Positions 1 to 14,389 of a stretch of DNA of 64,000 nucleotides are shown piece by piece. Numbering within the stretch: position 1 is the first letter of the stretch; every line of letters begins with the position of its first letter. The stretch spans positions 10,912,001 through 10,976,000 of the forward strand of contig JAQFVV010000007.1 of assembly GCA_028023455.1 (NCBI GenBank). Direction: 5' to 3'. This DNA is from Epiperipatus broadwayi (lineage: Eukaryota; Animalia; Onychophora). The position numbers and the translations under genes are program-made. A model generated the notes under the pieces. The model was not told the DNA's origin and ran no database searches. It saw only the letters and a program-made list of their open reading frames with translations.

Positions 1-74
1 ATCAGTAATGGTGGTCTGGTTTTACCACTTGACCATATCTTGCTACTCAATTTTCAGATTTCTGAGAATTTACT

Positions 75-111
75 ATACTGATATATATAATTAATTGTAG
101 TATATACTATA

Positions 112-170
<59 letters not shown>

Positions 171-180
171 TTGTAGTATT
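75..180. repeat. (TA)n microsatellite inside a short tandem duplication
   Basis: The unit tactatactga-(ta)n-attaattgtagtat occurs twice with different TA lengths. Confidence 0.85.
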
Positions 181-689
181 ATAAGAAGTAGTGAATAGAG
201 AAATCTTCATCACCATTATCAGATTGTAAAGGCAATTCCTTTTCATTGCAGCTTCATTATTCTATCTTGAACAATTCGTTTTATATTTGCATATGTAAAA
301 CATTAAATTTCTTAAAAGTCACTTTTCCATTCCTTCCAATGGTTTTCTGTCTAGCTTTCCCAAAGATCAAGTTCCACAACTATCAGTCAATATACTCCAA
401 GTGAAAGTTTAAAATATTCTATTCTTTTGTATCAATATTTTTATTTAATAGTAAAATTCTTTAATTTTGAAAAATATGTTTAGCTAACATTATTCTCTTT
501 TTAATATCAACAAGACAATCTCTATCATTAGAAATCATACTTTCCAGCAAGAAAAATTCCCTAATTAGTTCTAAATGTATACTATTTATCTACATATCAG
601 TCAGTCTTTCTATCACCTACTTCTTTATTAACATTCATATTTCATTTAAAAGATTCTAAATATATATTCAATATCTTAAGCATTTTATA

Positions 690-905
690 AATTCAATTTA
701 TCCACTCTATTTTGAACACTTTTTAGCAATACAAATTTTATTTTCCATATATGCATACACAATCTCACATTTCGATTGTCCTGCAGTCTTCTTCAGAACT
801 TTCAGAACTGGACAGTCAAAATAAATTTTGCATGTATACATGTACAATAAAAGATGTATTTCTAAAAAGTGTTCAAAGTAGAGTGAATAAATTGCATATA
901 TATAT
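690..905. mobile_element. Degenerate outward-facing inverted repeat carrying a family-D-like hammerhead remnant
   Basis: Left arm tttatccactctattttgaacactttttagcaatac is the reverse complement of right arm gtatttctaaaaagtgttcaaagtagagtgaataaa. The centre holds a hammerhead core on the minus strand. Confidence 0.6.
766..796 (-). ncRNA. Hammerhead ribozyme-like motif (family D-like), probably inactive
   Basis: Minus strand reads CTGAAGA-A-GACTG-CAGGA-CAATC-GAAA-TGT-G. Stem II has one mismatch, the cleavage position is G and stem I is not evident. Confidence 0.5.
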
Positions 906-3900
906 AAGATATTACAGCAAAATAAAAAGTGATAAATTTGTTAATCTTAAGCATTTTATTCATTTTTTTTTGAGTCTGCAAATAATGGTATATTATTCAC
1001 TTAACAAATATAATGAATATGCCTAACATTAATTTTAATATCTTTAGTTTTCTTTTCTATAATTCTTGTTATGTTTTTAATAAATAAATCAAATAATCAG
1101 GGGGATACTGGAAAGTCTCTACTTATATTGACATTAGTTTTGTGACTATTTATAACTATTTCTGCATTTTGTCAATTGTATAAATTTTAGAACAGTAAAA
1201 TTACATAATTAAACCAGTAGAGATAACATGGAAATCAAGTAACAAATTCACACAATAAATAAAGAAATCAAAATAAAAAATCAAATGCTGTGCACATTAA
1301 AAGTTATTACTAACTTTATTTAGTAATCCAAGTCATAAAATATAATACTGTAAAATGAAAACTAATCTTAACAAATAAATATTTAAACATATGTGCATGT
1401 GTAAGAGCAATTCACATATGCAATACAAGCAATCTCTTATCACTTTAACATATATTTCACATATTCTAAAATATTGTTCAGGTCCAAGAAATTAATCTAA
1501 ACTTGTCTCAGTGAATGAGCTGAATGGGATGTGATTAATATGTTACCAAACACTAATTATAAAAATGAATATTCATTTTGATATGAATTTATGAATAGAA
1601 GTTGCAAGATATATCCAGTGGTGAAAAATGTCAGCATATAAAAAAGGGTCATTTATACAATTTTCAGAATAATTTCAGGTTGAGTTTTGACAAGTAACTG
1701 TTAAAATTAAATAATTCTTAGCATGATTGTAAGCTAAAGAATTTATTTATTTTTAGTTAATACTTCATTTATTCCCAAATGGTTTTAGATTTAAGCTTCA
1801 ATTTTACAATTAACCAAAAACTGAAAAAGAAAAATGTAATGGGAATTAAATTGCTTTTCACATTGTGTTCAATTTTATTAATTAAACCCATTATTATCTG
1901 AGAATTGACTGTAAAATAAAAAACAGCTAATAAAGTAGTAAATAATGCTAAATTCAATCAAGATAAGATTAAATCTGGATAAGACCATTACTTGAAGGTA
2001 AGTTGAACCTTATTAATCTTCAGTTGAGGTTTAAAGTTTATAGCTGGACTAGGGATAATCTCTTATTTAATAAATGATTAGTGATAATCATTATTGTTTT
2101 TATCTTGAGTAGATCATGTCAAAGTTGTGGGTGGGTAAAGTTTAATACTTTGACTATAAAATAAAACACATCTAATAAAAGAGTCATTTTACTGGTTTAT
2201 TTTTAAATGTATCATTATTTTACCAATGTCAGCAGCACAAATTCTCACATGGGATGATAATAGGTATATAAAAGGATAAAAAATACCACACTTCAGTTGC
2301 ATTTATTTGCAGTCAGTTGTAATTAGAGTTGATTCAGTTGAAAGTGAAAATCATTTTCTAATCAGCAATATTTGACAATTTCAGATAGATAACTTTCTTA
2401 AAGTAGTAGTTGAATTCACTGCAAGAAAAGAGAAGTTAATATCATATTTATTGGTGAAACAAAGTTAAGCCAGTTGATTTTTCATTACCATTATGGAGAA
2501 TTTATCTCTACTAACCTTCATTATAAAGTTATGTGCTATTTTTAACCTTAGTTGAGTTATCAATTACTGAGAAGAAATGTAATTATCTGTGGAGTAGTGG
2601 ATATAAAACCTAAAATGTCTTTAATTGTCTACTGTTTGTACCACAAAATTAAAAGTGTCTGTCATTAATAGTCTGGCAATCAACAAAACACTTTTGAAAA
2701 TATTGGAAGTCAGAAAATATATTATTATAGATATAATAATGTGAAGAATATTAAATCTATAAAAGATACAATGCAGGAAAACTGCTATTTATATAAACAC
2801 CTGTGCAAAAATTAATGCTTGTAAGGTTATTTTAAATATTGTAAAAAAAAGTGTTCATGAAAATTTAGATTGAACATGGCAAAAATAAAAAATACTAAAA
2901 GTAATATAAATAAGTGTTTACAGTGAGGGCTGGGAAGATTTCAAATTAAATTATATTTGACCTTATTTACCTTAGTTACAATTAACTTAATAGTCCAATA
3001 CCCTAGCATTTAATTGATAACAGAAGAATTAATTTGTAAACTCTTTCACCATTACCTATATTTTCACTTTCATTTGTATAATATATTTTGTTATTTATGT
3101 GATATTAACCTTCAATTTTTTTTGTTTTGAGATATAAGGTTTGTGCAGTGATAACATGTCAGATGGTTAACATAACATCTTCAGATTGGGTTCAAATCTG
3201 ACTCTTTCAGAGTATGAACTTTCAGAGTGCAAACTTTTTATGAGCTCCCAAACATTAAAGTCATTCAATTATTTTTATTTACAAGAATGTGTATATAATA
3301 TCAAAAAAATTAGAGAATTAAATACAGTAGTAAGCTCAACTGGAGATATAATGATACTATGTAAAAATGATTTCTATATTTGTAGTTATACCCACTATAT
3401 AAGACTGATGTATATGTATATGCATGCCATGTAAGATTGATATATGCAATGGTAGAGGGAGAGAGGTGCAATGTGATTTATATATGTATCAAAATTCTGT
3501 TATTTTTGTAATTAGATATTCCATTTAATTATTTTCAAATTTAATACTAATTATATCCATTTTGAATTCAAATCTCAACCTAATTGAATTGTGTAATTTG
3601 TGACTGTGGATCATCTAATGTATAGAAAAAAAATCATAGTGCTTCCAAATCATGCTAAACCACAGATAACAGTAGATAAAAATGAATAATTAAGGAGTAA
3701 TAAGAATAGGTGAGTCAGTTCTTCAGCAACACTCATACAGGCATTCTCACTACCAAAAAAAATAAAACTCATTTATGCTATGCAATATTCCTTTTATCAT
3801 CAATCCATAGAAATAAGTAATTATGATTATTGCTAGAGAAATGAAGCCAGTTCAATTACTTCATTAAGATCACATTGTGTGGGTAATAAAATTTATGTAA

Positions 3901-4344
3901 ATTGATAATGATTGGATGGTTCTAGTAATGATTCAGTTGCTAAACACAATATTGTACTGGATATATTTAATTTTTGTTAGTGTGCTTAATCAGGAAGATT
4001 CAGGCATAGTATGTCATTAGTCTCCATTGGGTAAAAAATGACATACTAACATATTGGGGAGTTCAGATTCCATAATGATCATTGGGAAACAGCAAATATT
4101 TTCTCATTCAATATATATTGATTGCCAAATGTGTGATATAATCATTAGTTTATTGATAGAAATATAATCATCTGTTAAAATACACATACAGTATATTCCA
4201 ATAAAAATATGACTAGCGGCTGGTTCTTTCTCCAAGCTACTTACAGTAACATTATTGAATCAATATTCATGTTATATGACAGATATTCTCCATAATAATT
4301 TTAGATATTTCTATGACTAAATCATGGGTTTTGATATGCAATAT

Positions 4345-4490
4345 CTCATGTCATAATGTAACACAACAGAGTGTTAACATCAAATTTTGTTTTGAATTGG
4401 GAAATATTGCAACTAAAACATTTGAAGTGAATCAAACTGTGTATGGCAGTAAGGTCATGAATCACAAGAATATTTTCAATAATCTCATGA
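4345..4490 (+). mobile_element. Mariner transposase N-terminal HTH remnant
   Basis: Translation QQSVNIKFCFELGNIATKTFEVNQTVYGSKVMNHKNIF matches the mariner motif EQRxNIKFCxKLGKxATETFxMxxxxYGxxAMS. Confidence 0.7.
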
Positions 4491-6774
4491 TGAAAAGAGA
4501 GTATTAAAGACATTCTACATACTATTACATTTTATGCTATTATTTGGAGAGCAGACATGCTAGCTCTTTAACATTTTTATGTTGTATGACTGAAACATTC
4601 CTAGCTAATACATGCATTGAATAGGATATGACACTGGAAGCAGCTTGGAGAAGGCAGCAGTCATCATCCCTCTTGGAAATACTGTGTATGTTTAAACATA
4701 TTTTTTACCAGCATTAGAGAAATATGATGATATATATATAAATACCAGAAAGATATTATGGCTATGCTTATTGAAGTTTTACCATAATATTATAATACCA
4801 TGTAACATTCTAATTATAGAAGTAGAATACCAATATGTAAATTGGAATTGGATTAAACATAAACATTTTACCATGTTTTGTTTGGGAAATCTTCTAAGAT
4901 TTGATATGAAAAAATAAGAACAAGTACAATCCAATAAAAAAAAAAAACAAATCAAAATGAAAGCATTATTTTTGACAAAGTAATTATATTATGTGTCCAA
5001 AAAGAATTTTCTGATAACTAATAGGAAACCCAATGATTCGGTGGTCTGCCCATAAAAATAAGCAGATTAAAAGTTTTATGGATATTATATACATTCATGC
5101 CAATGCATCTATTATTGTTATGTGACAATTTATATAATAGGTAAACATGATAAGCTTCTCACCAGCAAACTTCAACCAATGTGATGGATTTACGGGCCTT
5201 TAAATTCTGAGGTTATTACTGAAAAAAGATCACAGTCACTGCTGTCAGTTGCTTTACAAGTTCTTAATTGATACATTAATTAGATGTTCATGAAGGCAGA
5301 ATGAATATGTAGATATTTGTATAAGTGCTATCATTATCTTTCAGAATTTAGTATCGTGATGGACAAAATATATTATAGCTCTGTAATGTTGAGGGAGGCT
5401 ATAAAGTTGTTAAATTAAGAAAGACAGCAAGTGATTGATAACTGAAGAAAGAAGTATTTAAGAATGACCAGATTAAAACATAAATGAAAAAAATAAGTAC
5501 TGTATATAATAATAATTGCAAGCTTTATTGTTTTGGAGATCACATGGTATGCAATCCTTCAAGTGATGGAAAGTCATAAAGAGTGATCAATCAGTTAGTC
5601 AAACTGAATTTAAATCTTTCGCTTTTTATTTTGTTACTGTATTGCTGTGATAATCTGCGCAGGCCAAAATTTATTTACCTGAACAAGGTCTCGAACCCAG
5701 AGCTATTACGATTTTATATGTGTAATACACTTTTTACATTGATAAAAGTTTTATTACAGTTTGGAGCACAGATTAAATAGGGTTAAAAATTGATAATTTC
5801 TTATCATTGATTTAAAAACTTTAAATCTATAAGTTGTTGTTTCTTTCAAAGTAAATTTCAACTTCTTTAAAAAATAAAAAAAAAGTATTGCCATCTTTAC
5901 TCATTGGCATTACAAAATTAACCCCTGAATTGAGAGCTAATCAGAGACACTTTGGCAAAGAAATGCTTGACTTCACAAACTGGATAAGAATTCTTAATTT
6001 TCGAGTTTGCTGGAATATCTACAAATTCAGGGTGGCAGATTAAAGCTGATGTAGCAAAAAGATTTTTAATTCAAACATATCAGAGCATGTGTGGGTGACA
6101 GTAGAAAGTCACCTTTTTTATACTAACGATTTTTATCAACTTGATTTAGTGGGAGTTTTGTATGTTTTTCAATGCATCTTAAAAGATGTTAAATAACGAA
6201 GAAATGTCAGTCCAGGCCTTTGAATGAAGTAAAAAACACTTTAATCACATTAAATCTAAATAAAATGTAAGTTAAAAAATAAATCTTTAATTTAATCATC
6301 CTAGGTATAAAAGCAATCGAATGTTTTATTACGTGGGAATCCATAAACTGTTCGAGCACCGCTGGTGATAAAGCTAGGCCGAATTGCATAAACATTGATC
6401 TCCAGAGCACGCTATTCTATCACTACACTATCCATGTAGGACATCGTTTATAGGTCATAGAATAAATTATAATAATAAATAAAAAGTGTGAAAATAAAGA
6501 AGTTAAAAAAATTATATGTAGATTTATCTCATTTTGATTCACAAATATATAAGTCACCAAGTATGTTGCTAATTGCACATTCCTAAGATAGTTATATTTC
6601 AGTGATACAAAACTAGCTCTTAAACTTGAATAAATGATATGCAACATACGAATGTGCTTCTATTTTGCTAATAATCAAATTAGAATTTATTTAAATGCTA
6701 CCAATTTGCCAAATCCTTAGATATAAATAATGAATCACTAGTTTTTATGATTTTTTCGTTTCCACCAATGTATC

Positions 6775-7640
6775 CTTCACTGCAACCCTATTATATCACA
6801 ACCATTTATCAGCACAGAAACTGAGACCTTTTATGTTTTGTTTTCTCATTAGTGCACACTTCATGTCAACTCCACCATATCACAACCAGCCACCAATGCA
6901 GAAACTCGGATATTTCCCTCTCATGATATTTTGTTTGCTTATCAGTTTATCCCTCATCTGAAATCCACCATATCACAATCATCTTTTAGTGCAGAAAATC
7001 AGACCTTCATCTTTAATAGGTTTTTGTTTTTAATCATGCATCTCTCATTTCATTGTACTATATCTCAATCATCAACCAATGCAGAAACTTGGGTTTTCTC
7101 TCTTATGGTTTTTTTCTTTATCAATGCATCTCCCATTTCAATGCCACTTTATCTGAACCATCTATCAGCACAGAAATTGAGACTTCCCTTCATAGTTTAT
7201 TGTTTTTTAACTAGTGTGTCCTCTGTCTCAACTTCACCATATCAGAAACATCGACCAGCACTAAAATTTAGACTTTCCACTCTTATGAAACATGTTTTTT
7301 ATCAGTTCATTTCTCATCCCAACTCCAGCATATCTCAACTATGTACCAGCATAAAAATTGAGACTTCCCTTCATAGTGTTTTATTTTGTATTAGTGAATT
7401 CTTCATCACAATTCCACTATATCAGAAACATCCTTTAGTACTGATACTCAGACATTCCTCTCTTCTACATTTTTTATTGGTGCATCTCTCATTGCAACTC
7501 CACCATATTTCAACCATCTGCCAGCACAGAAACTGAGACATTCCTTTATAGTTTATTTTTAATAGTGCATCTCTCCCTCAACTCCACCATATCAGAAACA
7601 TCTACCAGTGCAGAAACACAGACTACCATTTCTCACTATG
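6775..7640. repeat. Diverged minisatellite, about ten units of ~86-90 bp
   Basis: The anchor (a/g)cagaaa(c/t)tgagac recurs near 6814, 6900, 6990, 7081, 7169, 7257, 7347, 7437, 7524 and 7610, with caactccaccatatc and a T-rich spacer in each unit. The 201-aa ORF here is a by-product of the repeat. Confidence 0.85.
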
Positions 7641-7679
7641 GATGCATTTTATGAGCAACAATTACTTATCAGATGAAAA

Positions 7680-8085
7680 CAGGCAAAACTCTCCATACAG
7701 TAGGGCCACTCAGTGCAAGCCAGAGTAATTAATGTATGCAAGGAGGTTTGTGCATAAAATTCCTATCTAGTCTCTACTAATCCAATATCCCCAGACTAGT
7801 TTTTAGCTCTGTCTTTAATCAGTGAGGAGCTTTGGATCTGAGAGCATTGCACCTAGGTCTTAGGATCCAATAAAAAGCCACAAGATAGAAACTAGTCTGG
7901 GGATATTAGATGAGTAGGTGATAGATAGGGATTTTATGCACAAATCTTCTTGCTTCCATTGATTATTCTGGCATGCACTGAGTGACACTATTGTATAGAG
8001 GGTTTTTCTGTTTTAGCAGCTTGAGAAAGCATAAGAAACAGTGATCATGTGATGTTTAGTGGTTTAATACTTATCAGATGAGCTA
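7680..8085. mobile_element. Family A hammerhead-bearing repeat, inverted pair
   Basis: aaactctccatacagtag...ccagactagt (left) is mirrored by actagtctgggg...tgtatagagggttt (right). Homologous to 9655-10392, 17490-18050 and 22520-23312. Confidence 0.8.
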
Positions 8086-8540
8086 GATGTATCAAACACA
8101 TATGTCTTTATACTTATGTTGGTAGTTTAATATTTTCAATTGCACCACTGTTTCCAAATTAAGATTTGGTTTCTATCCACTTTGAATACTTTGTAAGGAA
8201 AGAGAAAGAATTGTTTTCAGAGAGGTATTATCTGTAGTTTTTAAATGTTGGTATAATCAACCACATGTTTAGAAATGAATAAAATTTTATTTATGTAAAA
8301 GGTAGATCAGGTAACTTACTAAAATTCTGAAAGCTATTATACATATTACACATGTAGCCCTTATTGCAAGTGAATGTTCATAAATTTTATATAAGTATAA
8401 ATTACAAAAAAATATGTAGTTATTTTTATATTAAAAACTGTTTCAGAAAATTTATATTAAATTTTTTTTTATTGTTTTAAAACTATTCCACTGTAAAGCA
8501 GAAGAAATATATTTATTATATCAGTAATTATAATGTAATT

Positions 8541-9651
8541 GGGCTTGGCCACTTGATGGCATTGTTGGCAGTCAAAAGCAATACAATACAATGTTTGGGG
8601 CCGCGTTATATTTTTAAATCGAATCGCTGTTTTTTTTTTTTTTTTTGGTTATTAATTTATTGATTGCTATAACTTTTTTTCATGCCTTTTTATTAAAAAA
8701 GTTGATTAATTTTAATTTTGTATTTAGTAAACGACAACCTTTTTTTTAATTTTTAAATCGCTGTTTTTGGACAAAGCTGCTCCTCTGCGATGTCTATTTA
8801 GCGATGTCTTCCGCTTAATTATTGCTTTCTACATAACAAAACAACTGTGTAGGGTTAGGGTTAGGTTTAGGGTTAGTTTTAGGATTAGTTAGGGTTAGTT
8901 TTAGGGTTAGTTTAGGGTTAGGTTTAGGGTTAGTTTTAGGGTTAGTTAGGGTTAGTTTTAGAGTTAGTGTTCTGTTGTTTGTAATGCTAAAATAAAAGAT
9001 ATCAAAATCATAACCATAGTTGGACAAAAGAAACTAACTCAAACTTTTTTAAACAACAACAAACACATATAAATGTCTTATTTACTTATTAAACATGTTT
9101 ATAATATGTGCTTTCTATGAAATTTACAAAAAATCATGTATATTTTTATTGGACAGCAGAAATACTCGGCTTCTGTTGTTGGCAACTGTGGAAAAAGTTG
9201 ATTGCCATCCATTTTATCAACTACATGGTATTTCACGTGAAAACGAGATTTCGCATGGGATATCAGCCGAATTCTTTTTTACCTACCCTCGGCAAGCTTT
9301 TACACCTTACACATTCTCTAAACAAGGGTGTGGCCATTTAGAAAATTACTATAAATTCATGTTTATTAAATAAATTATAAATACAAATATTGTGTAACAT
9401 ATATTGTAAAAATTTGACTAATCCAACTAAACACACATATTTTTCAAACTGTAAACAAAAGATAAGTGTGTGGATTCACAATATCTGACGTGAAGCAGAA
9501 ATAGGCCATATTATTTCTGCATTACGCATCATAAACGGCATTCTAATGGCTAAGACAAACATAGATGTTTTTTATAGCTGTAAGTCAGGCCTTGTAAACA
9601 GCATTTGTTAGGTGTTTTGATGAGCCAGAATGCCATCAAGTGGCCAAGCCC
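8541..9651. mobile_element. Non-autonomous DNA transposon with ~28-bp TIRs and a 4-bp AATT TSD (Sola-like by TSD and termini)
   Basis: gggcttggccacttgatggcatt at 8541 and aatgccatcaagtggccaagccc ending at 9651. aatt lies on both sides (8537-8540, 9652-9655), which restores the palindromic site gtaattac. The superfamily assignment is inference. Confidence 0.75.
8850..8967 (+). repeat. Degenerate TTAGGG-like repeat organised as two 57-bp higher-order units
   Basis: ttagggttaggtttagggttagttttagg(a/g)ttagttagggttagttttag(g/a)gttagt occurs twice, internal to the TIR element. Confidence 0.85.
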
Positions 9652-9654
9652 AAT

Positions 9655-10392
9655 TACCATTCTTTATGCTTACGCAAGGTATTTTCACAAAGACAAACTC
9701 CATGTAGTAGCACCACTCAGTGCAAGCCAGAGTAATCAATGGATACAGAAAGGTTTGTACATAAAATCCCTATCTTGTGCCTATTCATCTGATATCCCCA
9801 GACTAATTTCTAGCTTGTGTATTTCATCAGTGAGGAGCCTTGGATCTGAGAACACTTCATCTAGATCTTAGAATCCAAAGCAATCCTCCAGCAGCACCTG
9901 TTATTTTATTAGTTAACTATAAACCTTTGATTCCAAAATAAAAACACAATAATGTTTTAAATTCAAGCTCATTAGCTTGTATAGTCATATAGATCTGAAT
10001 TCAGTTCAGCATCTATACTTTCTGATGTCTTTGGTTCTTTAATAACCACAGTCACCATAATCCTATTGAGCAGAATAGATATTAAATCACTAAATATCAC
10101 ATGATCACCATTCTTTATGATTATACAAGATGTTTACACAGAGGCAAAACTCTCCATACAATAGCAACACTCAGTGCAATCCAAAGAAATCAATGGATAC
10201 AGAAAGTTTTGTGCATAAAACCCCTATCCAGTTCCAAAGCTTTTCACCGATGAAAGCCACAAGCTAAAAACCAATCTGGAAAAATTGGATGTGTAGGCAT
10301 TAGATAGAGATTTTATGCACAATTATTTCTTCATCCATTGACAATTCTGGCTTGCACTGAGTGGTGCTACTATATGGAGAGTTTGCCTGTGT
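9655..10392. mobile_element. Family A: tandem ~450-bp monomers followed by an inverted copy
   Basis: The aaactc(t)ccat landmark occurs at ~9695 and ~10147, and the inverted arm ends tatggagagtttgcctgtg at ~10390. Confidence 0.8.
9787..9846 (-). ncRNA. Type I hammerhead ribozyme motif (family A)
   Basis: Minus strand reads atccaaggctcctca-CTGATGA-aatacacaagcta-GAAA-ttag-TC-tggggatatcagat. Stem I pairs cctca with tgggg, and stem II is damaged in this copy. Confidence 0.6.
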
Positions 10393-10945
10393 ACATTTAA
10401 GGAAAAGTATCACCATAAATTATGATCATAGAAGCCAAAGATGTATGATGATTTTTTTTATAACTTTCTAACTTTGATTATTTTAAAGAGGGACAAATTA
10501 CAAGGTAACTGTGACATTTCTTAAAATACAATTTATATCCATATCCCAATGGAGAGCTTTTTTTGTGCATTGCTTAATATTAAAAACTAATGTTTTGCTT
10601 CATCGTTACTTACAACACTGTAACTTCCTCTACATTATTTTGTTGAATAAAATTTCCCTTCATTATATATTTTTTGTACCACTTTTTATTGAAAATTTGT
10701 TGCCTACAGATAATTCTCTGTATATTTTTATAGCATTTTTTTCCAATGCTGATAGCTTTTTTGGAATGATATGAAAGGTGTGCCGCAAATTTAAATGTAC
10801 ATGTTGTCAGTAAGTCCAATTTAGTTTATCGTGTGCTTTTTATTGTATATTTTATTGAGTTAGAATAACTATTACATTTTAAGGTTTTACAAAACTTATA
10901 ATTATTAATAGTATACTAAGTATTTGTGTTTGTTTAATACAAAAA

Positions 10946-11359
10946 GTAAATACTTTACAGGCTTTAACCTGTGTTCAATGTGCTTTAAAATTCATAATAA
11001 TTAAGCATATTTTGCGAATAGAGGAACCTTCCAAACTTTAATAGTTTATAGAATTTCCACCATTAAAATCATAATATTAGTTTGCTGTAAATTGCAAGAT
11101 TTTATGTATGTTAATTTGTAAAGGAAATAGTGGACTTAAACAATGAAGAAAACAACAACTTCATGCTTCCAAATCACGATGCTTCAGATTCACCTATATA
11201 AGTGGACATTTAGGTTAAAGATAAGAGTCAGCTCTTATCTTTATAAAAGTCACGATCTTGTGTCATGGTTTGAAAGGGCCTTCTATCAGCAAAGTATGCT
11301 TGATTATTATAAATTTTAAAGTGCATTGAACACAGGTTAAATCTGTTTAAAGTATTTAC
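10946..11359. mobile_element. MITE-like element with ~85-bp imperfect TIRs
   Basis: gtaaatactttacaggctttaacctgtgttcaatg...gcatattttg versus caaagtatgc...cattgaacacaggttaaatctgtttaaagtatttac. Confidence 0.7.
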
Positions 11360-14300
11360 ATATGCTTTCTTTGCACTCAATAAATTAGTTATTACTCTTT
11401 AATATAAAAAGATAAGTTTAGAGAAATGTTGGTAGTGAATTCCTCTCTAACATTTGATGTTTACTATCTCACATACATTTCATGCTTTAATAAAATGTAG
11501 TGGTTGCCGCCCTTTCTACTTATATATTTATTTTCAAGTTATTATCACATACCTTACACATCAATGTGAGATTATGCATAGTGACTAATTTTATGAACAT
11601 GATAACTATTATGATATTTGATTTTAATGACTTGTTATGTGTAGACAAGATAGTAACATCCACTGAAAACAATTAGTCATATTTTGTAATCATAAATTGC
11701 TAAATCAGTTTTATTGACTATCATAATAAACCATTATTCCATTATCTGTTTACTTCATTGTTAATTGAAGCCAAATCTTTAAAAAGATTACTTTTCAAAA
11801 TTGAGTTTATTTAAGTTATTAGGTATGTTGAATAAATTTACTATACTTTCCAAATTTTCTCCATTGCTTGCAATCATAATCTTGATTTTGACAGTTTTCA
11901 AAAAGATTATTATAGCAATATTTTTTTGTTTAATACAGGTTAAGTATCATTATTCTGAAATTCTGAAATTCAGAAACTTCTAATATTTGAATATTTTTAG
12001 AGAAGCCACTATAGTGTTGCAAAATATACATAAAAGATACAATATCTGTAATAGTTATTCATTTATCAAAAAGTTGAATTATTAAAAAGACAGGCCAAAG
12101 CATGTTTATATGGATGCTATGAGAATACTTATAATAAATGTTGGTCTAATCTGTATATAACATTCAGAAGTATAAAAGTTCGCAATTGTACACTAAATTA
12201 TTATTCTCAACAAAGGGCAACAGAGAAACAAAGATAATAATATCAAGTATATCTTCTATTATAATACAATATACACAGGTTAAATTTAACGCAAAAAAAA
12301 AAAAAAAAACTTAATTACAAAAAAGTTTAATTGTCAAAAATTATACCAGTTTATTCATTATTGATTCTTAACTAAGTGCACAATAGTAGTGAATAATCTA
12401 ATATCTGACTGCATTTACAAGAACATGTAAGCACAATACCCACAATTTACAAAATCACATAAGAACACAAAGGTAAACAGATCATATTTTCTAAAACCTT
12501 ATTTTAATTTATTTTAATTGTATAAATATAAATAAAAACAAAAATTTATTCATTTCATTATCTTCTTTTAGACATGAATCACAAATAAATTACATTTAAT
12601 AAATTATTTTAATAATTTTATGTAATTATTATTGTCTATTAAGAATTTTTTTAATTAATATTTTTAAAGTAACAAATATAGAAATATCTTTTAAATATTG
12701 CCCCCTCTCTTTTTTTTTTACTGTAATAAGTATTTAAGTGATTTTATATAAATTCATTTAGTTTCTGATCTGAAAAGAATAAAAACTAAGGATTTTGCAT
12801 AATGATATTCAACATGTATAAAATTTTATTTGACATATGGTTTTTGTTTAGTATGATATATATATAGTTTGATAAGCTATCTCATAGAAAAATCTAATAT
12901 GTGTAATTATTTTAAATTATAATACAGTTACATATAAATATTAATAATATATAATTTATGCAGAACTGTGAATTCCTTAATCCAGTTTCTGTGATTCCTA
13001 ATCTCACTTATCTACAACAAACCAGAAAAATTTCTTATTACATTTATTCATCCCATATGTGTTGTCTTTCTAAGTCTTTTACAATATCTTGCAGTCCATT
13101 TTAAAACTTCAATTGCCATTCTATTACCATTTCTTCTAATGATATGTTCAACTCAACTCTATTTCAATCTCTTATATTTTCAATGATATCAATGATGAAT
13201 ACAACATTGTTTTTCTATCTATATATATTTAATTTTTTCGGTACTCCTAATAAACTTCTCTTCATTTACATCTCCCCATTCTTAAAAACATATATTTGTG
13301 TATAAATTACTTTTATTATAATATTTAATCTTAAACATAGTTATTAAAACTAAAAAAAAATCTTTAATAAAAATTTTGGACAGAATTATTCTCTCATTAT
13401 TTAGAATAAGCTATTTCAATCTCCATTTATTTTATTACAATACTATCTATGCATTTATGAATGTAACTAGTGTGAATTTAGTATATAAATTTAAAAAATT
13501 TAAACAATAACTGTTTCAAATGCCAATCTTTGGATAAAAATGATTTAAAATCATTTTTTACGAGGGCTTAGACTAGCTGTTTATACCTGTTCTTGTCGTA
13601 ATGCAGATTAAAAAGTATTTTCGTATTTTTTCTCAATGTCTACAATTATGCTTGAAACAAAGTGTAGTGTTATGAATATTTTAATGAGACATAAAATTCT
13701 GAGAATGAGTAGTGTAAAATAATGGAAGTAAAATGCTAATTCTCATGCTAATTTGTAAAAAAAATACTAGTTATATTTGATATATAGAAAAATGTTAAAT
13801 TAATATCAGCTGTTAGAATTTCACTGTCTGTTACATTTTGTTTGCAATAATTCTGCCCCAGACTGATATTACTTTGTATTACCTACTTGTTAAATTTTTT
13901 CATATTAAATCATTTATTTTTAATGATAATGAATCTATAATTTAGTTTCCATTTTTGTTCCTAGCTGGCTTTTAGAATTAGATATATAAATAATGTTCAT
14001 TTAATACATAAAGAGATTTTTTATCTTCAAAATGAAAATTACATTTTTATTTAGTTAAAAGCTTATTTTTTCATTTCAAATCTATTTTCATTTATTTCAG
14101 TGATATTTATTTTATAAATAAATATATTATAATTGTTACATCATTTTCTATTAGCCCACATTATTGAAATTAAAAAAAAAATATTTTTTTTACATTTCTC
14201 AATATAATATTAAAATCTTTACAGTTAATAAACTTCTATTATTTTTAGTAATTTTAAAACATTTTTAAATATTAAGTATTATAGAAAATAATTTAAGCTG

Positions 14301-14389
14301 GTTCCAAACTTTATTCAAACTGATCATTACATTTATAACAAAGTAATATAAATATAAACATATAAGTGTTTAAAAAAATATGTATTTAT

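Noticed and set aside
6775-7640. CRISPR array or 201-aa protein-coding gene
   Set aside because: The context is eukaryotic, whole units diverge with no conserved repeat/unique spacer pattern, and the ORF is repeat-derived.
8850-8967. Telomere or chromosome-fusion site
   Set aside because: It is short, degenerate and internal to a TIR element with TSDs.
10135-10392. Family A as a TA-flanked Tc1/mariner MITE with CACAGG termini
   Set aside because: Sequence beyond the apparent TIR is shared between copies and continues as tandem ~450-bp monomers, so the inverted arms are not element termini.
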